Positions 9,498 through 19,058 of a DNA stretch of 63,616 nt are shown here, piece after piece. The DNA is from a virus (taxonomy: Duplodnaviria > Heunggongvirae > Uroviricota > Caudoviricetes), in the IMG/VR virus record IMGVR_UViG_2851982317_000002. One strand, given 5' to 3'. The notes under the pieces were generated by a model that saw only the letters and a program-made list of their open reading frames with translations, searched no databases and was not told where the DNA came from. The position numbers and the translations under genes were made by a program. Position 1 is the stretch's first letter, and each line of letters starts with the position of its first letter.

Positions 9498-10150
9498 TGA
9501 GTAATAAATATTGCCGGGCGCTGGTGGAGCTGCGGAACAAACCAGCCCATGAACTGAAGGAAGTGGGCGATCAGTGGCGCACGCCGGATAACATTTTCTG
9601 GGGAATTAACACCCTGTTTGGTCCGTTTGTTCTGGATCTGTTCACTGACGGTGATAACGCCAAATGTGCCGCGTATTACACGGCGGAAGACAACGCGCTG
9701 GCACATGACTGGTCAGAACGTCTTGCGGAGCTTAAAGGTGCTGCCTTTGGTAATCCCCCATACAGCCGCGCCAGTCAGCATGAGGGGCAATACATCACCG
9801 GCATGCGTTACATCATGAAGCATGCCAGTGCCATGCGTGATAAAGGCGGTCGCTATGTTTTCCTGATCAAAGCTGCCACCAGCGAAGTGTGGTGGCCGGA
9901 AGATGCAGATCATATTGCTTTTATTCGCGGGCGTATTGGTTTTGAACTGCCTGCCTGGTTTATCCCGAAGGATGAGAAGCAGGTGCCGACAGGCGCTTTC
10001 TTCGCTGGTGCTATTGCTGTTTTCGACAAGACCTGGAAGGGACCGGCAATCAGCTACATCGGGCGCGATGAACTTGAGGCATGTGGTGAGGCCTTTCTGG
10101 CGCAGGTTCGCCAGCAGGCGGAAAAACTGGTCAGGGAGATGGCTGCATGA
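9497..10150 (+). CDS. phage DNA N6-adenine methyltransferase (Dam-like)
   Basis: NPPY catalytic motif (AFGNPPYS); ATG at 9497 overlaps the upstream stop (TAATG). Confidence 0.8.
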   Translation: MSNKYCRALVELRNKPAHELKEVGDQWRTPDNIFWGINTLFGPFVLDLFTDGDNAKCAAYYTAEDNALAHDWSERLAELKGAAFGNPPYSRASQHEGQYITGMRYIMKHASAMRDKGGRYVFLIKAATSEVWWPEDADHIAFIRGRIGFELPAWFIPKDEKQVPTGAFFAGAIAVFDKTWKGPAISYIGRDELEACGEAFLAQVRQQAEKLVREMAA

Positions 10151-10473
10151 CGACGTTAACTCAATGCCAGCAGCAGGTGCTGGATATGCTGATTTCTTAC
10201 CAGAAAGAACGTGGCTTCCCGCCAACCAATCAGGAGGTGGCAACCATGCTGGGATACCGTTCAGTGAATGCAGCGGTGGAGCATCTTCGAGCACTGGAGA
10301 AAAAAGGCGTCATCACGATAAAGCGTGGCGTGGCCCGGGGGATAACGCTTCATACCGCGATGAAGGACGACGACAGCGAGGCGGTCGGGATTATCCGCGC
10401 ACTGCTTGCCGGTGAGGCAAACGCCAGGCTGCGTGCAGCCCACTGGTTACATGAGAGGGGCCTGAAAGTATGA
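10147..10473 (+). CDS. LexA-like DNA-binding domain protein
   Basis: 108 aa; N-terminus resembles the LexA winged-helix DNA-binding domain (LTQCQQQVLDMLISYQKERGFPPTNQEVATMLGYRS); ATGA start/stop overlap. Confidence 0.6.
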   Translation: MTTLTQCQQQVLDMLISYQKERGFPPTNQEVATMLGYRSVNAAVEHLRALEKKGVITIKRGVARGITLHTAMKDDDSEAVGIIRALLAGEANARLRAAHWLHERGLKV

Positions 10474-10859
10474 AGCTAATACTGCCTTTTCCGCCCAGCG
10501 TGAACACGTACTGGCGACACCCCAACAAAGGGGCGTTTGCAGGTAAGAGCCTGATAAGCGCGGCGGGGCGCAAATTCCAGAGCGCGGCGTGTGCAGCAAT
10601 AGTTGAGCAGTTACGTCGTCTGCCAAAACCAACGTCGGCACCTGCTTCAGTGGAGATCGTGTTGTTTCCTCCGGATAACCGGATCCGCGATCTGGACAAC
10701 TATAACAAGGCGCTGTTTGACGCCCTGACCCACGCGGGTGTGTGGGAAGACGACAGTCAGGTGAAAAGAATGCTGGTGGAGTGGGGACCGGTTATCCCGG
10801 AAGGGAAGGTCGAGATCACTATAAGTAAGTACGAGAAAACGGCGGGTGCAGCCGCCTGA
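10470..10859 (+). CDS. rusA: Holliday junction resolvase RusA
   Basis: 129 aa; N-terminal LPFPPSVNTYW and catalytic-region DLDNYNKALFDAL match the RusA family. Confidence 0.85.
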   Translation: MKLILPFPPSVNTYWRHPNKGAFAGKSLISAAGRKFQSAACAAIVEQLRRLPKPTSAPASVEIVLFPPDNRIRDLDNYNKALFDALTHAGVWEDDSQVKRMLVEWGPVIPEGKVEITISKYEKTAGAAA

Positions 10860-10878
10860 TTAAGAGGAGAAACGAAGT

Positions 10879-11688
10879 ATGAATAATCTGATGGTCATTG
10901 ATGGTATTGAAGTTCGTCGTGATGCTTATGGGCGTTACAGTCTGAACGATCTGCATCGCGCAGCAGTAGCATCTGGTGCAAATGCCAGAACCAAGGAGCC
11001 AGGAAAGTTTCTTTCCAGCCAACAAACTGTTGAGCTTGTTCATGAATTGACCAACACCCAGAATTTGGGTGTTGACCCGGTGAGTGTGATTCATGGGGGA
11101 AATGAACGGGGAACGTATGTCTGCAAGGAACTGGTGTATGCCTATGCAATGTGGATCAGCCCGTCATTCCATCTGAAGGTGATCCGTACTTTCGACATGG
11201 TAACCAGCGCACCGGAAAAATTATCCGGACAGGCTGCTGACAAGATGCAGGCTGGTGTGATTCTGCTGGACTTTATGCGCCGGGAATTAAACCTGTCTAA
11301 CTCTTCAGTGCTTGGTGCCTGTCAGAAACTCCAGGAGGCTGTTGGCTTACCGAATCTGGCACCGCGCTATGCCATTGATGCTCCTGCTGACGCGCCTGAT
11401 GGCTCAAGCCGCCCCACGCTGTCACTGAGTGCACTGCTGAAGCAGTATGGTATCCGCCTGACAGCTAATCAGGCATATCACCAGATGGTGAAGCTGGGGA
11501 TCGTCGAGCAGCGCGAACGATACAGCCGTACCGCGATTAACAACATCAAAAAATTCTGGTCGCTGACGGCGAAAGGCTGCATGTTCGGCAAGAACATCAC
11601 CAGTCCTGCAAATCCGCGCGAGACGCAGCCGCATTTCTTCGAATCCCGATTCACTGAGCTGTTAAAGCTGCTCGATACCGTTCATTGA
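10879..11688 (+). CDS. KilA-N domain protein
   Basis: 269 aa; N-terminal segment (IDGIEVRRDAYGRYSLNDLHRAA) typical of KilA-N/Bro-N domains; AGAGGAGA RBS. Confidence 0.65.
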   Translation: MNNLMVIDGIEVRRDAYGRYSLNDLHRAAVASGANARTKEPGKFLSSQQTVELVHELTNTQNLGVDPVSVIHGGNERGTYVCKELVYAYAMWISPSFHLKVIRTFDMVTSAPEKLSGQAADKMQAGVILLDFMRRELNLSNSSVLGACQKLQEAVGLPNLAPRYAIDAPADAPDGSSRPTLSLSALLKQYGIRLTANQAYHQMVKLGIVEQRERYSRTAINNIKKFWSLTAKGCMFGKNITSPANPRETQPHFFESRFTELLKLLDTVH

Positions 11689-11689
11689 G

Positions 11690-12685
11690 GTGACCGTGAG
11701 AGCACTACTGACCCCTGAAATTGCCCCGCGTATGGGGATCGTATTGTTCAGGCCTGGTTCAGAGCTGATGCCCCTGTTTATGCAGGGGCGTGTCCTGCTG
11801 GAGCCTGAGCCGGAAAGTTATTCATCTTTCGCCAGTGGCGCCGTTCCGGCGGCATCACAACCGCTGGCGGATGATCCTGCCGTTCGGGCCGTGTTCCGCA
11901 ATGAGGCAGTGATCCGTCGTGCTGGTGGCGTGGAATGTCTTGAAAGCTGGTTACTTCGTGAAAAGGGCTGCCAGTGGCCTCATTCCGACTGGCACAGCGA
12001 GAACATGACCACAATGCGACACGCTCCGGGCGCAATCCGTCTGTGCTGGCACTGCGATAACCAGCTGCGCGATCAGTTCACGGAACGGCTGGAATCAATG
12101 GCAACGGATAACTGTGCCCGCTGGGTGTTGTCTGTTGTGCGTCGGGATCTCGGTTTTGATGACAGTCACGTTGTGACAATGCCGGAACTGTGCTGGTGGC
12201 TGGTTCGTAATGACCTGGCGGGTGCCTTGCCGGAAAGTGCAGCCCGTAAGGCACTGAGATTACCGAAGCCTGTTGTGCCGTCTGTCACCCGGGAAAGTGA
12301 CCTTGTTCCTTCGGTTCCTGCCACCAGCATCATCCAGGATAAAGTGAAAAAGGTGCTGGCGCTGAAAGTGGATCCGGAGTCGCCGGAGTCTTTTATGTTA
12401 CGCCCAAAACGTCGCCGCTGGGTTAACGAAAAGTACACGCGCTGGGTTAAGACACAGCCGTGTGCATGTTGTGGAAAGCCTGCTGATGATCCCCACCACC
12501 TGATAGGTCACGGTCAGAGGGGAATGGGTACAAAAGCGCATGACCTCTTTGTGTTGCCTTTGTGCAGAAAGCATCACGACGAGCTGCATGCGGATACCGT
12601 GGCATTTGAAGAGAAGTATGGCTCCCAGTTGGAGCTGATATTTCGTTTTATCGATCGTGCGCTGGCAATAGGCGTGCTGGCCTGA
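11690..12685 (+). CDS. DUF968-like phage protein with C-terminal Cys/His (HNH-like) motif
   Basis: 331-aa ORF; C-terminal CACCGK...HH...CRKHHDELH cluster; start uncertain (GTG at 11690 or 11696). Confidence 0.55.
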   Translation: MTVRALLTPEIAPRMGIVLFRPGSELMPLFMQGRVLLEPEPESYSSFASGAVPAASQPLADDPAVRAVFRNEAVIRRAGGVECLESWLLREKGCQWPHSDWHSENMTTMRHAPGAIRLCWHCDNQLRDQFTERLESMATDNCARWVLSVVRRDLGFDDSHVVTMPELCWWLVRNDLAGALPESAARKALRLPKPVVPSVTRESDLVPSVPATSIIQDKVKKVLALKVDPESPESFMLRPKRRRWVNEKYTRWVKTQPCACCGKPADDPHHLIGHGQRGMGTKAHDLFVLPLCRKHHDELHADTVAFEEKYGSQLELIFRFIDRALAIGVLA

Positions 12686-12702
12686 TTTTGTGGAGGAAGT
12701 TG

Positions 12703-13074
12703 ATGCGTGATATTCAAATGGTTCTTGAACGTTGGGGGGCATGGGCGGCTAATAATCATGAGGATGTGACCTGGTCGTCCATTGCTGCCGGTTTTAAGGG
12801 ATTACTTCCTTCAAAAGTAAAATCCCGCCCGCAATGTTGTGACGATGACGCGATGATCATTTGCGGGTGCATGGCCCGTCTGAAAAAGAACAACAGCGAT
12901 TTGCACGATTTATTAGTAGATTATTATGTAGGTGGTATGACGTTTATGGCGCTTGCCCGTAAACATGGGCGTTCTGATTGCTGGGTTGGGCGCTTATTGC
13001 AAAAGGCAGAAGGCATCATTGAAGGTATGTTGATAATGTTAGAAATAGAATTGGAAATGGACTCAAATATCTAG
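12703..13074 (+). CDS. late-gene antiterminator Q (Q82/QuuD-like family)
   Basis: ATG at 12703 six nt after GGAGG; N-terminus [24 protein letters not shown] as I recall for QuuD-type Q proteins; positioned just before the late/lysis region. Confidence 0.75.
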   Translation: MRDIQMVLERWGAWAANNHEDVTWSSIAAGFKGLLPSKVKSRPQCCDDDAMIICGCMARLKKNNSDLHDLLVDYYVGGMTFMALARKHGRSDCWVGRLLQKAEGIIEGMLIMLEIELEMDSNI

Positions 13075-13246
13075 AAAGATATTTTATGAGTATCTGGATT
13101 TTTAATTTGTATTGTTAGCATGAAATTAAGGAGGGTGGACTGTTTGTGCTTTATATTAATGTTTTTGTGGGGATTTAATAACCACTGATTTATTTGAGGG
13201 TGGCGCTAATGTACAAGGTTTTTAGTAATTAGCGCCTGCTGGTTTG

Positions 13247-14698
13247 TTATTTTATTTTGCTTACTATATTTGTAATAAGTGGGTCAAATTTCTCATCAAT
13301 AATTTCAATATATTTTTTTATTGCTAAAGTTCTAATTACTTCCTCCTCACATTCTGCTTCTTTAGCAATTGCTTGAGTGTAATTGTGATGATCACTAATC
13401 CCTTCCTTTTTTATTAACCAATCAAAATCAATATGATACTCCTTGTAGAGGAATTTTTTTACTTCCTCATGTTGAAATACTTCTACTTCTGGTGGCCTAT
13501 TGCCAGGGAAAGAAAATAAATCATCTTTAATGTTTTCTCCAACATCTGCATCTCTTACGGCAATAACATTAAGGCCTGCTTTCTTGAATACCTCGACTGC
13601 TTGTCGGACTGCATCTTTATCTCCAATATCAGTGATTTGAATGGATTTAAGAATGTCTCTCCGCTTTGCTCTAATTACTTCACTAAGTAAAACTTTTGCA
13701 AACTGGTCTTCTACGCAAATATGCAGCCCTTTAAACTGCCCATCAGACAGTATTGATCTCACATGAGTTGTTGAAATTCCATCTTTGATATAGACACCAG
13801 TCTGATCTCTAATAAGTAATTTTCGTGCATCAGGAGGTAAAGCATTTAATATCACACTTGAGTGTGTTGATAATATTATTTGATGTTTTCTACGTTGACA
13901 TACTTCCATTAAATATTTTGCAAATTCATACTGTGCGCTTTCATGAAGAGATGTTTCTGGTTCTTCTAGTACGAAAAGACTTTGCTCTGGAGCTGTTTCA
14001 AGCATATCAACCGTATAAAGAACTCTTCCTTCGCCAAACCCCATGTTATTTTCAGAATAAGAATACCCAAGTCTTTCAACAATACCAATTTCTGAACGAC
14101 GTGCTCTATGAGAAATTCCTTGGAATGCGATATCATCATATGGATGACCTATTATTTTTGCCATCTTCAATATTACTGAATGGTCGACGCTTCTTCTCTC
14201 TGTTAAATCAAAGTCTTTACCGCCATAAACACTTATATCTCTACGTTCTACTTTTGGAATATAGACAGTAAAACCAATGTAAAAACAGTGTCTTTCTGGT
14301 TGTCTTTTATATCCAGACCAAGAAGACTTTATGCGAGTGACAGTCACATCTTGTGTTTTCGTTGAATCATTTGTTTCATATTTATAAATGACACTGGCGT
14401 CATTATCGAAAGGGGCTGGATCGGCTTTAGATACAGGAAAAAAATCTTTAATATATAATCTCTTATATTCACGGGCTGTAACTGGTTTTTTATATGCGCA
14501 TATTGCTAACTGCCCAAGAGTGCTTTTCCCAGCGCCGTTTAGCCCTGATATTGCAGTTACCGGAAAATTTATATTTAATGTTAGTTTTTTTATTCCTCGA
14601 AATCCATTTATCTCTAGACTTTTAATTACGGAGCCAAAGTTTGAGTATCTATTTTTATCAAAGTACATGCATTTTAGTATATTTTTTATGTCTGACAT
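13247..14698 (-). CDS. OLD-family ABC-type ATPase with C-terminal TOPRIM-like region (candidate defence nuclease)
   Basis: 483 aa; Walker A GLNGAGKST, Walker B/D-loop LFVLEEPETSLH, H-loop ILSTHS; C-terminal CVED and VRDADVG motifs compatible with TOPRIM; AT-rich, opposite strand to flanking phage genes. Confidence 0.7.
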   Translation of the reverse strand: MSDIKNILKCMYFDKNRYSNFGSVIKSLEINGFRGIKKLTLNINFPVTAISGLNGAGKSTLGQLAICAYKKPVTAREYKRLYIKDFFPVSKADPAPFDNDASVIYKYETNDSTKTQDVTVTRIKSSWSGYKRQPERHCFYIGFTVYIPKVERRDISVYGGKDFDLTERRSVDHSVILKMAKIIGHPYDDIAFQGISHRARRSEIGIVERLGYSYSENNMGFGEGRVLYTVDMLETAPEQSLFVLEEPETSLHESAQYEFAKYLMEVCQRRKHQIILSTHSSVILNALPPDARKLLIRDQTGVYIKDGISTTHVRSILSDGQFKGLHICVEDQFAKVLLSEVIRAKRRDILKSIQITDIGDKDAVRQAVEVFKKAGLNVIAVRDADVGENIKDDLFSFPGNRPPEVEVFQHEEVKKFLYKEYHIDFDWLIKKEGISDHHNYTQAIAKEAECEEEVIRTLAIKKYIEIIDEKFDPLITNIVSKIK

Positions 14699-14963
14699 TT
14701 TTTATCTTTCCTGATATGAATGAGAGTTATCTTTAGAAAAACAATAAATTTATAACATTTAGAGATGTATTCATCAATGATTAGGTAAATATCGTGCATT
14801 TGTTGTTTTAAAATCAACCAAGAATGATTTTTATAATTATGTCAATTGCCTTATTATCAATATGGTAATGTTTTCTCAATCTAATTATTGGGGGGGATAT
14901 ATTATTTACAATCGTAAATAATCAGATATGCTCTCAAGAGTGGTTACTTCGCCACACAACTTA

Positions 14964-14989
14964 AACCCGCCGTCGAGCGGGTTTTTTTG
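14964..14989 (+). terminator. rho-independent terminator (possible tR'-like late terminator)
   Basis: ACCCGC-(CGTCGA)-GCGGGT hairpin followed by TTTTTTT. Confidence 0.6.
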
Positions 14990-15110
14990 TACCTGTAAAC
15001 CTGGTGCAGTACGGTAAACACGCTGGTGGTCGTGAATACTGACTTTTTATCTTGCTGGCTTTTTAGACAAGAGTTATTGGTATGTCATGTTAACCAGAAG
15101 GAAAAAAGAC

Positions 15111-15305
15111 ATGCTAAAACAGCAAGATATGACAGAAACGGCGAAAGTTGTTTTTAATGAATTAAGCATCGAACCGGCAACAGTCGGGGAGATTGCACAA
15201 AACACATATCTTTCACGCGAACGCTGTCAGTTAATACTGACCCAGTTGGTTATGGCGGGGCTGGCAGATTACCAGTTCGGCTGTTACAGACGCCTTCAGC
15301 TATGA
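15111..15305 (+). CDS. hypothetical small protein, possible winged-helix DNA-binding
   Basis: 64-aa ORF from the ATG at 15111 (track start 15087); no strong motif. Confidence 0.4.
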   Translation: MLKQQDMTETAKVVFNELSIEPATVGEIAQNTYLSRERCQLILTQLVMAGLADYQFGCYRRLQL

Positions 15306-15454
15306 AGGACTTTTAATTTGTGAAAATGGGCGGCTGGTGGGTGTTGGTAGCACCTGCCAGCCATTCGCTCATGCTTACTGGTCACAAGCGAACCACGGCC
15401 CACTGCTTTAGCGCAAAAGCAGAGTGAGCCTACCAGAGTTACGCTTACTGATCC

Positions 15455-16507
15455 ATGAAAAATACTGTAAAAATAAACAGTGTTGATTTAATCAACGCTG
15501 ATTGCCTGCATTTTATTCAGTCCCTGCCTGATGATTCCATTGACCTGATTGTTACCGATCCGCCTTACTTCAAGGTGAAACCCAACGGTTGGGACAATCA
15601 GTGGAAAGGGGACGAAGATTACCTTAAGTGGCTGGACCACTGTCTGGCCCAGTTCTGGCGGGTGTTGAAACCTGCCGGAAGCCTTTACCTGTTCTGTGGG
15701 CATCGCCTGGCATCTGATATTGAGATCATGATGCGTGAACGTTTCAACGTGCTTAACCATATCATCTGGGCGAAGCCGTCCGGACGTTGGAATGGGTGTA
15801 ATAAAGAAAGTCTGCGCGCATATTTTCCTGCCACAGAGCGCGTTCTGTTTGCTGAACATTACCAGGGGCCATATCGCGGCAAAAGTGACGGCTATGCGGC
15901 AAAAGAAAGGGAACTCAAACAGCACATAATGGCACCGCTGATATCGTATTTCAGGGATGCTCGTGCCGAACTGGGTATAACGGCAAAACAAATTGCCGAA
16001 GCCACAGGTAAGAAAAATATGGTTTCCCACTGGTTTGGTGCCAGTCAGTGGCAGTTGCCGAATGAGGCTGACTATCGGAAGTTACAGGCACTGTTTTCCC
16101 GTATAGCGGCAGAGAAGTTTCAGGAACAACAACTGGAACAACCACACCACCAGCTGGTGGCATCTTATGATTCACTGAATCGCAAATATTCTGAATTGCT
16201 GGATGAGTTTAAATCTCTCCGGCGCTATTTCTCCGTATCAGTCTCCGTGCCTTATACCGATGTCTGGATGCATAAACCCGTTCAGTTCTACCCGGGTAAA
16301 CATCCGTGTGAGAAACCGGCGGATATGCTCAGGCAAATAATCAATGCCAGTAGTCGACCTGGTGATCTGGTTGCTGATTTTTTTATGGGATCCGGTTCCA
16401 CAATAAAAGCAGCAATGGCGCTGGGGCGTCGGGCCTTAGGTGTTGAGCTTGAGTCAGAGCGGTTTAACCAGACAGTGAAAGAGATAAACGAGCTGGTGGG
16501 GAAATAA
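15455..16507 (+). CDS. DNA methyltransferase (DPPY-motif amino-methyltransferase, N6A/N4C class)
   Basis: 350 aa; catalytic DPPY (LIVTDPPYF) near the N-terminus and AdoMet-binding FxGxG (DFFMGSGST) near the C-terminus. Confidence 0.8.
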
Positions 16508-16574
16508 TCTGGTGGCCACGTCAGGTGGCCTTTTTATTTCCATTACACAGCACCCGCATCTGCGAGGTGGGGTT

Positions 16575-16790
16575 ATGAAATCCATGGATAAGTTAACAAC
16601 GGGTGTCGCCTATGGCACCTCAGCAGGTAGTGCCGGGTACTGGTTTTTACAGTTGCTCGATAAAGTCACGCCCTCACAGTGGGCGGCAATAGGTGTGCTG
16701 GGTAGTCTGGTATTTGGCCTGCTGACGTACCTGACAAACCTTTATTTCAAGATTAAAGAAGATAAGCGCAAGGCTGCGAGAGGTGAATAA
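16575..16790 (+). CDS. holin (lambda S-like, dual-start MKSM)
   Basis: 71 aa from the ATG at 16575; transmembrane segments and charged C-terminus ([13 protein letters not shown]); as I recall for DLP12-type holins; stop overlaps the endolysin start (TAATG). Confidence 0.85.
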
Positions 16791-17287
16791 TGCCTCCATC
16801 ATTACGAAAAGCAGTTGCTGCTGCTATTGGTGGCGGAGCAATTGCTATAGCATCAGTGTTAATCACTGGCCCAAGTGGTGACGATGGCCTGGAAGGTGTC
16901 AGCTACATACCATACAAAGATATCGTTGGCGTATGGACTGTATGTCACGGACACACCGGAAAAGACATCATGCTCGGTAAAACGTATACCGAAGCAGAAT
17001 GCAAAGCCCTCCTGAATAAAGACCTTGCCACGGTTGCCAGACAAATTAACCCGTACATCAAAGTCGATATACCGGAAACAACGCGCGGCGCTCTTTACTC
17101 GTTCGTCTACAACGTGGGTGCTGGCAATTTCAGAACATCGACGCTTCTTCGCAAAATAAACCAGGGCGATATCAAAGGCGCATGTGACCAGCTACGTCGC
17201 TGGATATACGCTGGCGGTAAGCAATGGAAAGGCCTGATGACTCGTCGTGAGATTGAGCGTGAAGTCTGTTTGTGGGGGCAACAATGA
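16790..17287 (+). CDS. endolysin (lysozyme, probable SAR type)
   Basis: 165 aa; hydrophobic N-terminal SAR-like segment ([18 protein letters not shown]) followed by a lysozyme-like domain; immediately after the holin. Confidence 0.88.
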   Translation: MPPSLRKAVAAAIGGGAIAIASVLITGPSGDDGLEGVSYIPYKDIVGVWTVCHGHTGKDIMLGKTYTEAECKALLNKDLATVARQINPYIKVDIPETTRGALYSFVYNVGAGNFRTSTLLRKINQGDIKGACDQLRRWIYAGGKQWKGLMTRREIEREVCLWGQQ

Positions 17288-17751
17288 GCAGAGTAACCGC
17301 GATTATCTCCGCTCTGGTTATCTGCATCATCGTCTGCCTGTCGTGGGCGGTCAATCATTACCGTGATAACGCCATCGCCTACAAAGAACAGCGAGATAAA
17401 AAAGTCAGTGAGCTGAAGCAGGCGACCGCCACCATTACTGACATGCAGCAGCGCCAGCGTTCTGCTGATGCACTCGATGCTAAATACACGAAGGAGTTAG
17501 CTGATGCGAAAGCTGAAAATGATGCTCTTCGGCGCAAGCTTGATAATGGTGGTCGGGTGTTCGTCAAAGGAAAATGCCCTGTGCCATCCTCAGCCGAAAC
17601 CTCCAGCGCCTCCGGCATGGGCAATGATGCCACCGTCGAACTCTCTCCAGTTGCTGGACGAAACGTTCTCGGTATCCGGGACGGAATTATCCGCGACCAA
17701 ACAGCACTGAGAACGCTTCAGGAATACATCAGGACGCAATGCCTTCGATGA
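17284..17751 (+). CDS. rz: i-spanin Rz
   Basis: ATG at 17284 ([17 protein letters not shown]...), N-terminal TM helix then coiled-coil periplasmic domain; overlaps the endolysin stop. Confidence 0.8.
   Translation: MSRVTAIISALVICIIVCLSWAVNHYRDNAIAYKEQRDKKVSELKQATATITDMQQRQRSADALDAKYTKELADAKAENDALRRKLDNGGRVFVKGKCPVPSSAETSSASGMGNDATVELSPVAGRNVLGIRDGIIRDQTALRTLQEYIRTQCLR
17504..17710 (+). CDS. rz1: o-spanin Rz1 (lipoprotein embedded in the +1 frame of Rz)
   Basis: 68 aa with lipobox LIMVVGC and proline-rich mature region ([16 protein letters not shown]); AAGGAG RBS 7 nt upstream; entirely within Rz. Confidence 0.75.
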   Translation: MRKLKMMLFGASLIMVVGCSSKENALCHPQPKPPAPPAWAMMPPSNSLQLLDETFSVSGTELSATKQH

Positions 17752-18032
17752 TAGCGATAATTTTACTCATCATCCTTCACATCTGGCTCTGTAGACAGGA
17801 TGGTGATCACTTCTGGCATGAATCCAGATTAAACATCTCATTGCTGATGCTTGATATTGAGCATCTTGCGCGCGGTAAGGGGCTGCGTTGAGATAAGAGC
17901 CAGTCATTACAAATACCAGGATTTAGCCTCGCATTCGCGGGGCTTTTTATTGCCATTACAAAAGCCACTCCCTACAGAGTGGCTTTGATAATGGCTTATA
18001 CCCTACACGGGATAGCTTAACTGATATCCCTT

Positions 18033-18248
18033 TTAACGGATAAAGGTATTCAAGCCTGACACATCATGCGCTGTATCGTCGCCGTATTCCCGTATTAACA
18101 GAGACCGTAGCCCGACGGGGAACTCCTTCTGCGCGAGTGTGCGGGAATAATCAAAAACGATGCACACCGGGTTTTTACCGCGTTTATGGTTCGCGGGTTT
18201 GTCTCTCATGCTCGCCAGTCCTGTGCGGGGGTGGAAGAAACAGGACAC
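18033..18248 (-). CDS. hypothetical protein
   Basis: Only ORF of any size between Rz and cos, on the opposite strand (as bor is in lambda, but no similarity seen); weak RBS. Confidence 0.2.
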   Translation of the reverse strand: MSCFFHPRTGLASMRDKPANHKRGKNPVCIVFDYSRTLAQKEFPVGLRSLLIREYGDDTAHDVSGLNTFIR

Positions 18249-18374
18249 TTACACAGATTCTTGTGGGCACGATGCTATGCCTTTCTGGATTATCCCGATG
18301 CCATTCATGCAAGGCGTTGTATCAGACGTTCGTCAGAGCTGTCAGGCTGACGGGTCCTCCCGGTGGGGTGGCCT

Positions 18375-18440
18375 GCCACGGGGCGGGAGCGTCGCGGAAA
18401 AAGGCTAGTTTTTGCATTTTTATCGGCCACCATCATCTTT
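18375..18440. other. cos site (cosN region) upstream of the small terminase gene
   Basis: GGGGCGGGAGCGTCGCGGAAAAAGGCTAGTTTTTGCATTTTTATCGG resembles, as I recall, the lambda cos sequence GGGCGGCGACCTCGCGGGTTTTCGCTATTTATG; located directly 5' of terS. Confidence 0.5.
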
Positions 18441-18566
18441 GCATCTTATTGATTATTAATGGTTATTTGTTTTTTGTATGTCGAATTGAGCGGTTTTTGT
18501 TCGACATCGAACGCGTTTTCTTAAAGTTGTTCGCACGATGCATGTTTAAAGCTCTCCGGAGGAAAT

Positions 18567-19058
18567 ATGGATCATGAGTTGAAAAACTTGGTGCTGAATA
18601 TTAATCAACTGGCGGCTTTATCTGGTCTGCACCGCCAGACTGTCGTGGCAAGACTGAAAAACATTCGTCCCGCTGGTGGACATGACAAACTCAAGCTATA
18701 CCGGTTGACCGATATTCTGACTGAATTTATGGGGTTACCACCGCCGGTTGCTGAGGGCGAAATGGATCCACATGAACGCAAAGCCTGGTATCAGTCTGAA
18801 CGTGAGCGTCTTAAGTTCGAACAGGAAACGGCACAACTCATTCCGGCCAGTGATGTCAGACGGGAGTTTGCCATCTGGGCAAAAGCGGTCGTGCAGGTGC
18901 TGGAGACATTACCGGATATTCTGGAACGTGACTGCGGCCTGCAGCCTGCCGCTGTGAGCCGTGTTCAGTCCATTATTGATGATCTGCGCGATCAGATAGC
19001 CCTGCGGGTGACCGAAGCAGGTGCGGATGATGAGGAGGAATTACAGCAGGAGGAGTAA
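18567..19058 (+). CDS. terminase small subunit (Nu1-like)
   Basis: 163 aa; N-terminal HTH (LNINQLAALSGLHRQTVVARLKNIRP) like lambda Nu1; GGAGG RBS; stop overlaps terL start. Confidence 0.75.
   Translation: MDHELKNLVLNINQLAALSGLHRQTVVARLKNIRPAGGHDKLKLYRLTDILTEFMGLPPPVAEGEMDPHERKAWYQSERERLKFEQETAQLIPASDVRREFAIWAKAVVQVLETLPDILERDCGLQPAAVSRVQSIIDDLRDQIALRVTEAGADDEEELQQEE

Noticed and set aside
13075-15086. Toxin cargo (e.g. Shiga toxin-type moron) between Q and the lysis genes
   Set aside because: The only gene in this slot is the ATPase/TOPRIM-like ORF on the opposite strand; no AB5 toxin-like ORFs with signal peptides are present
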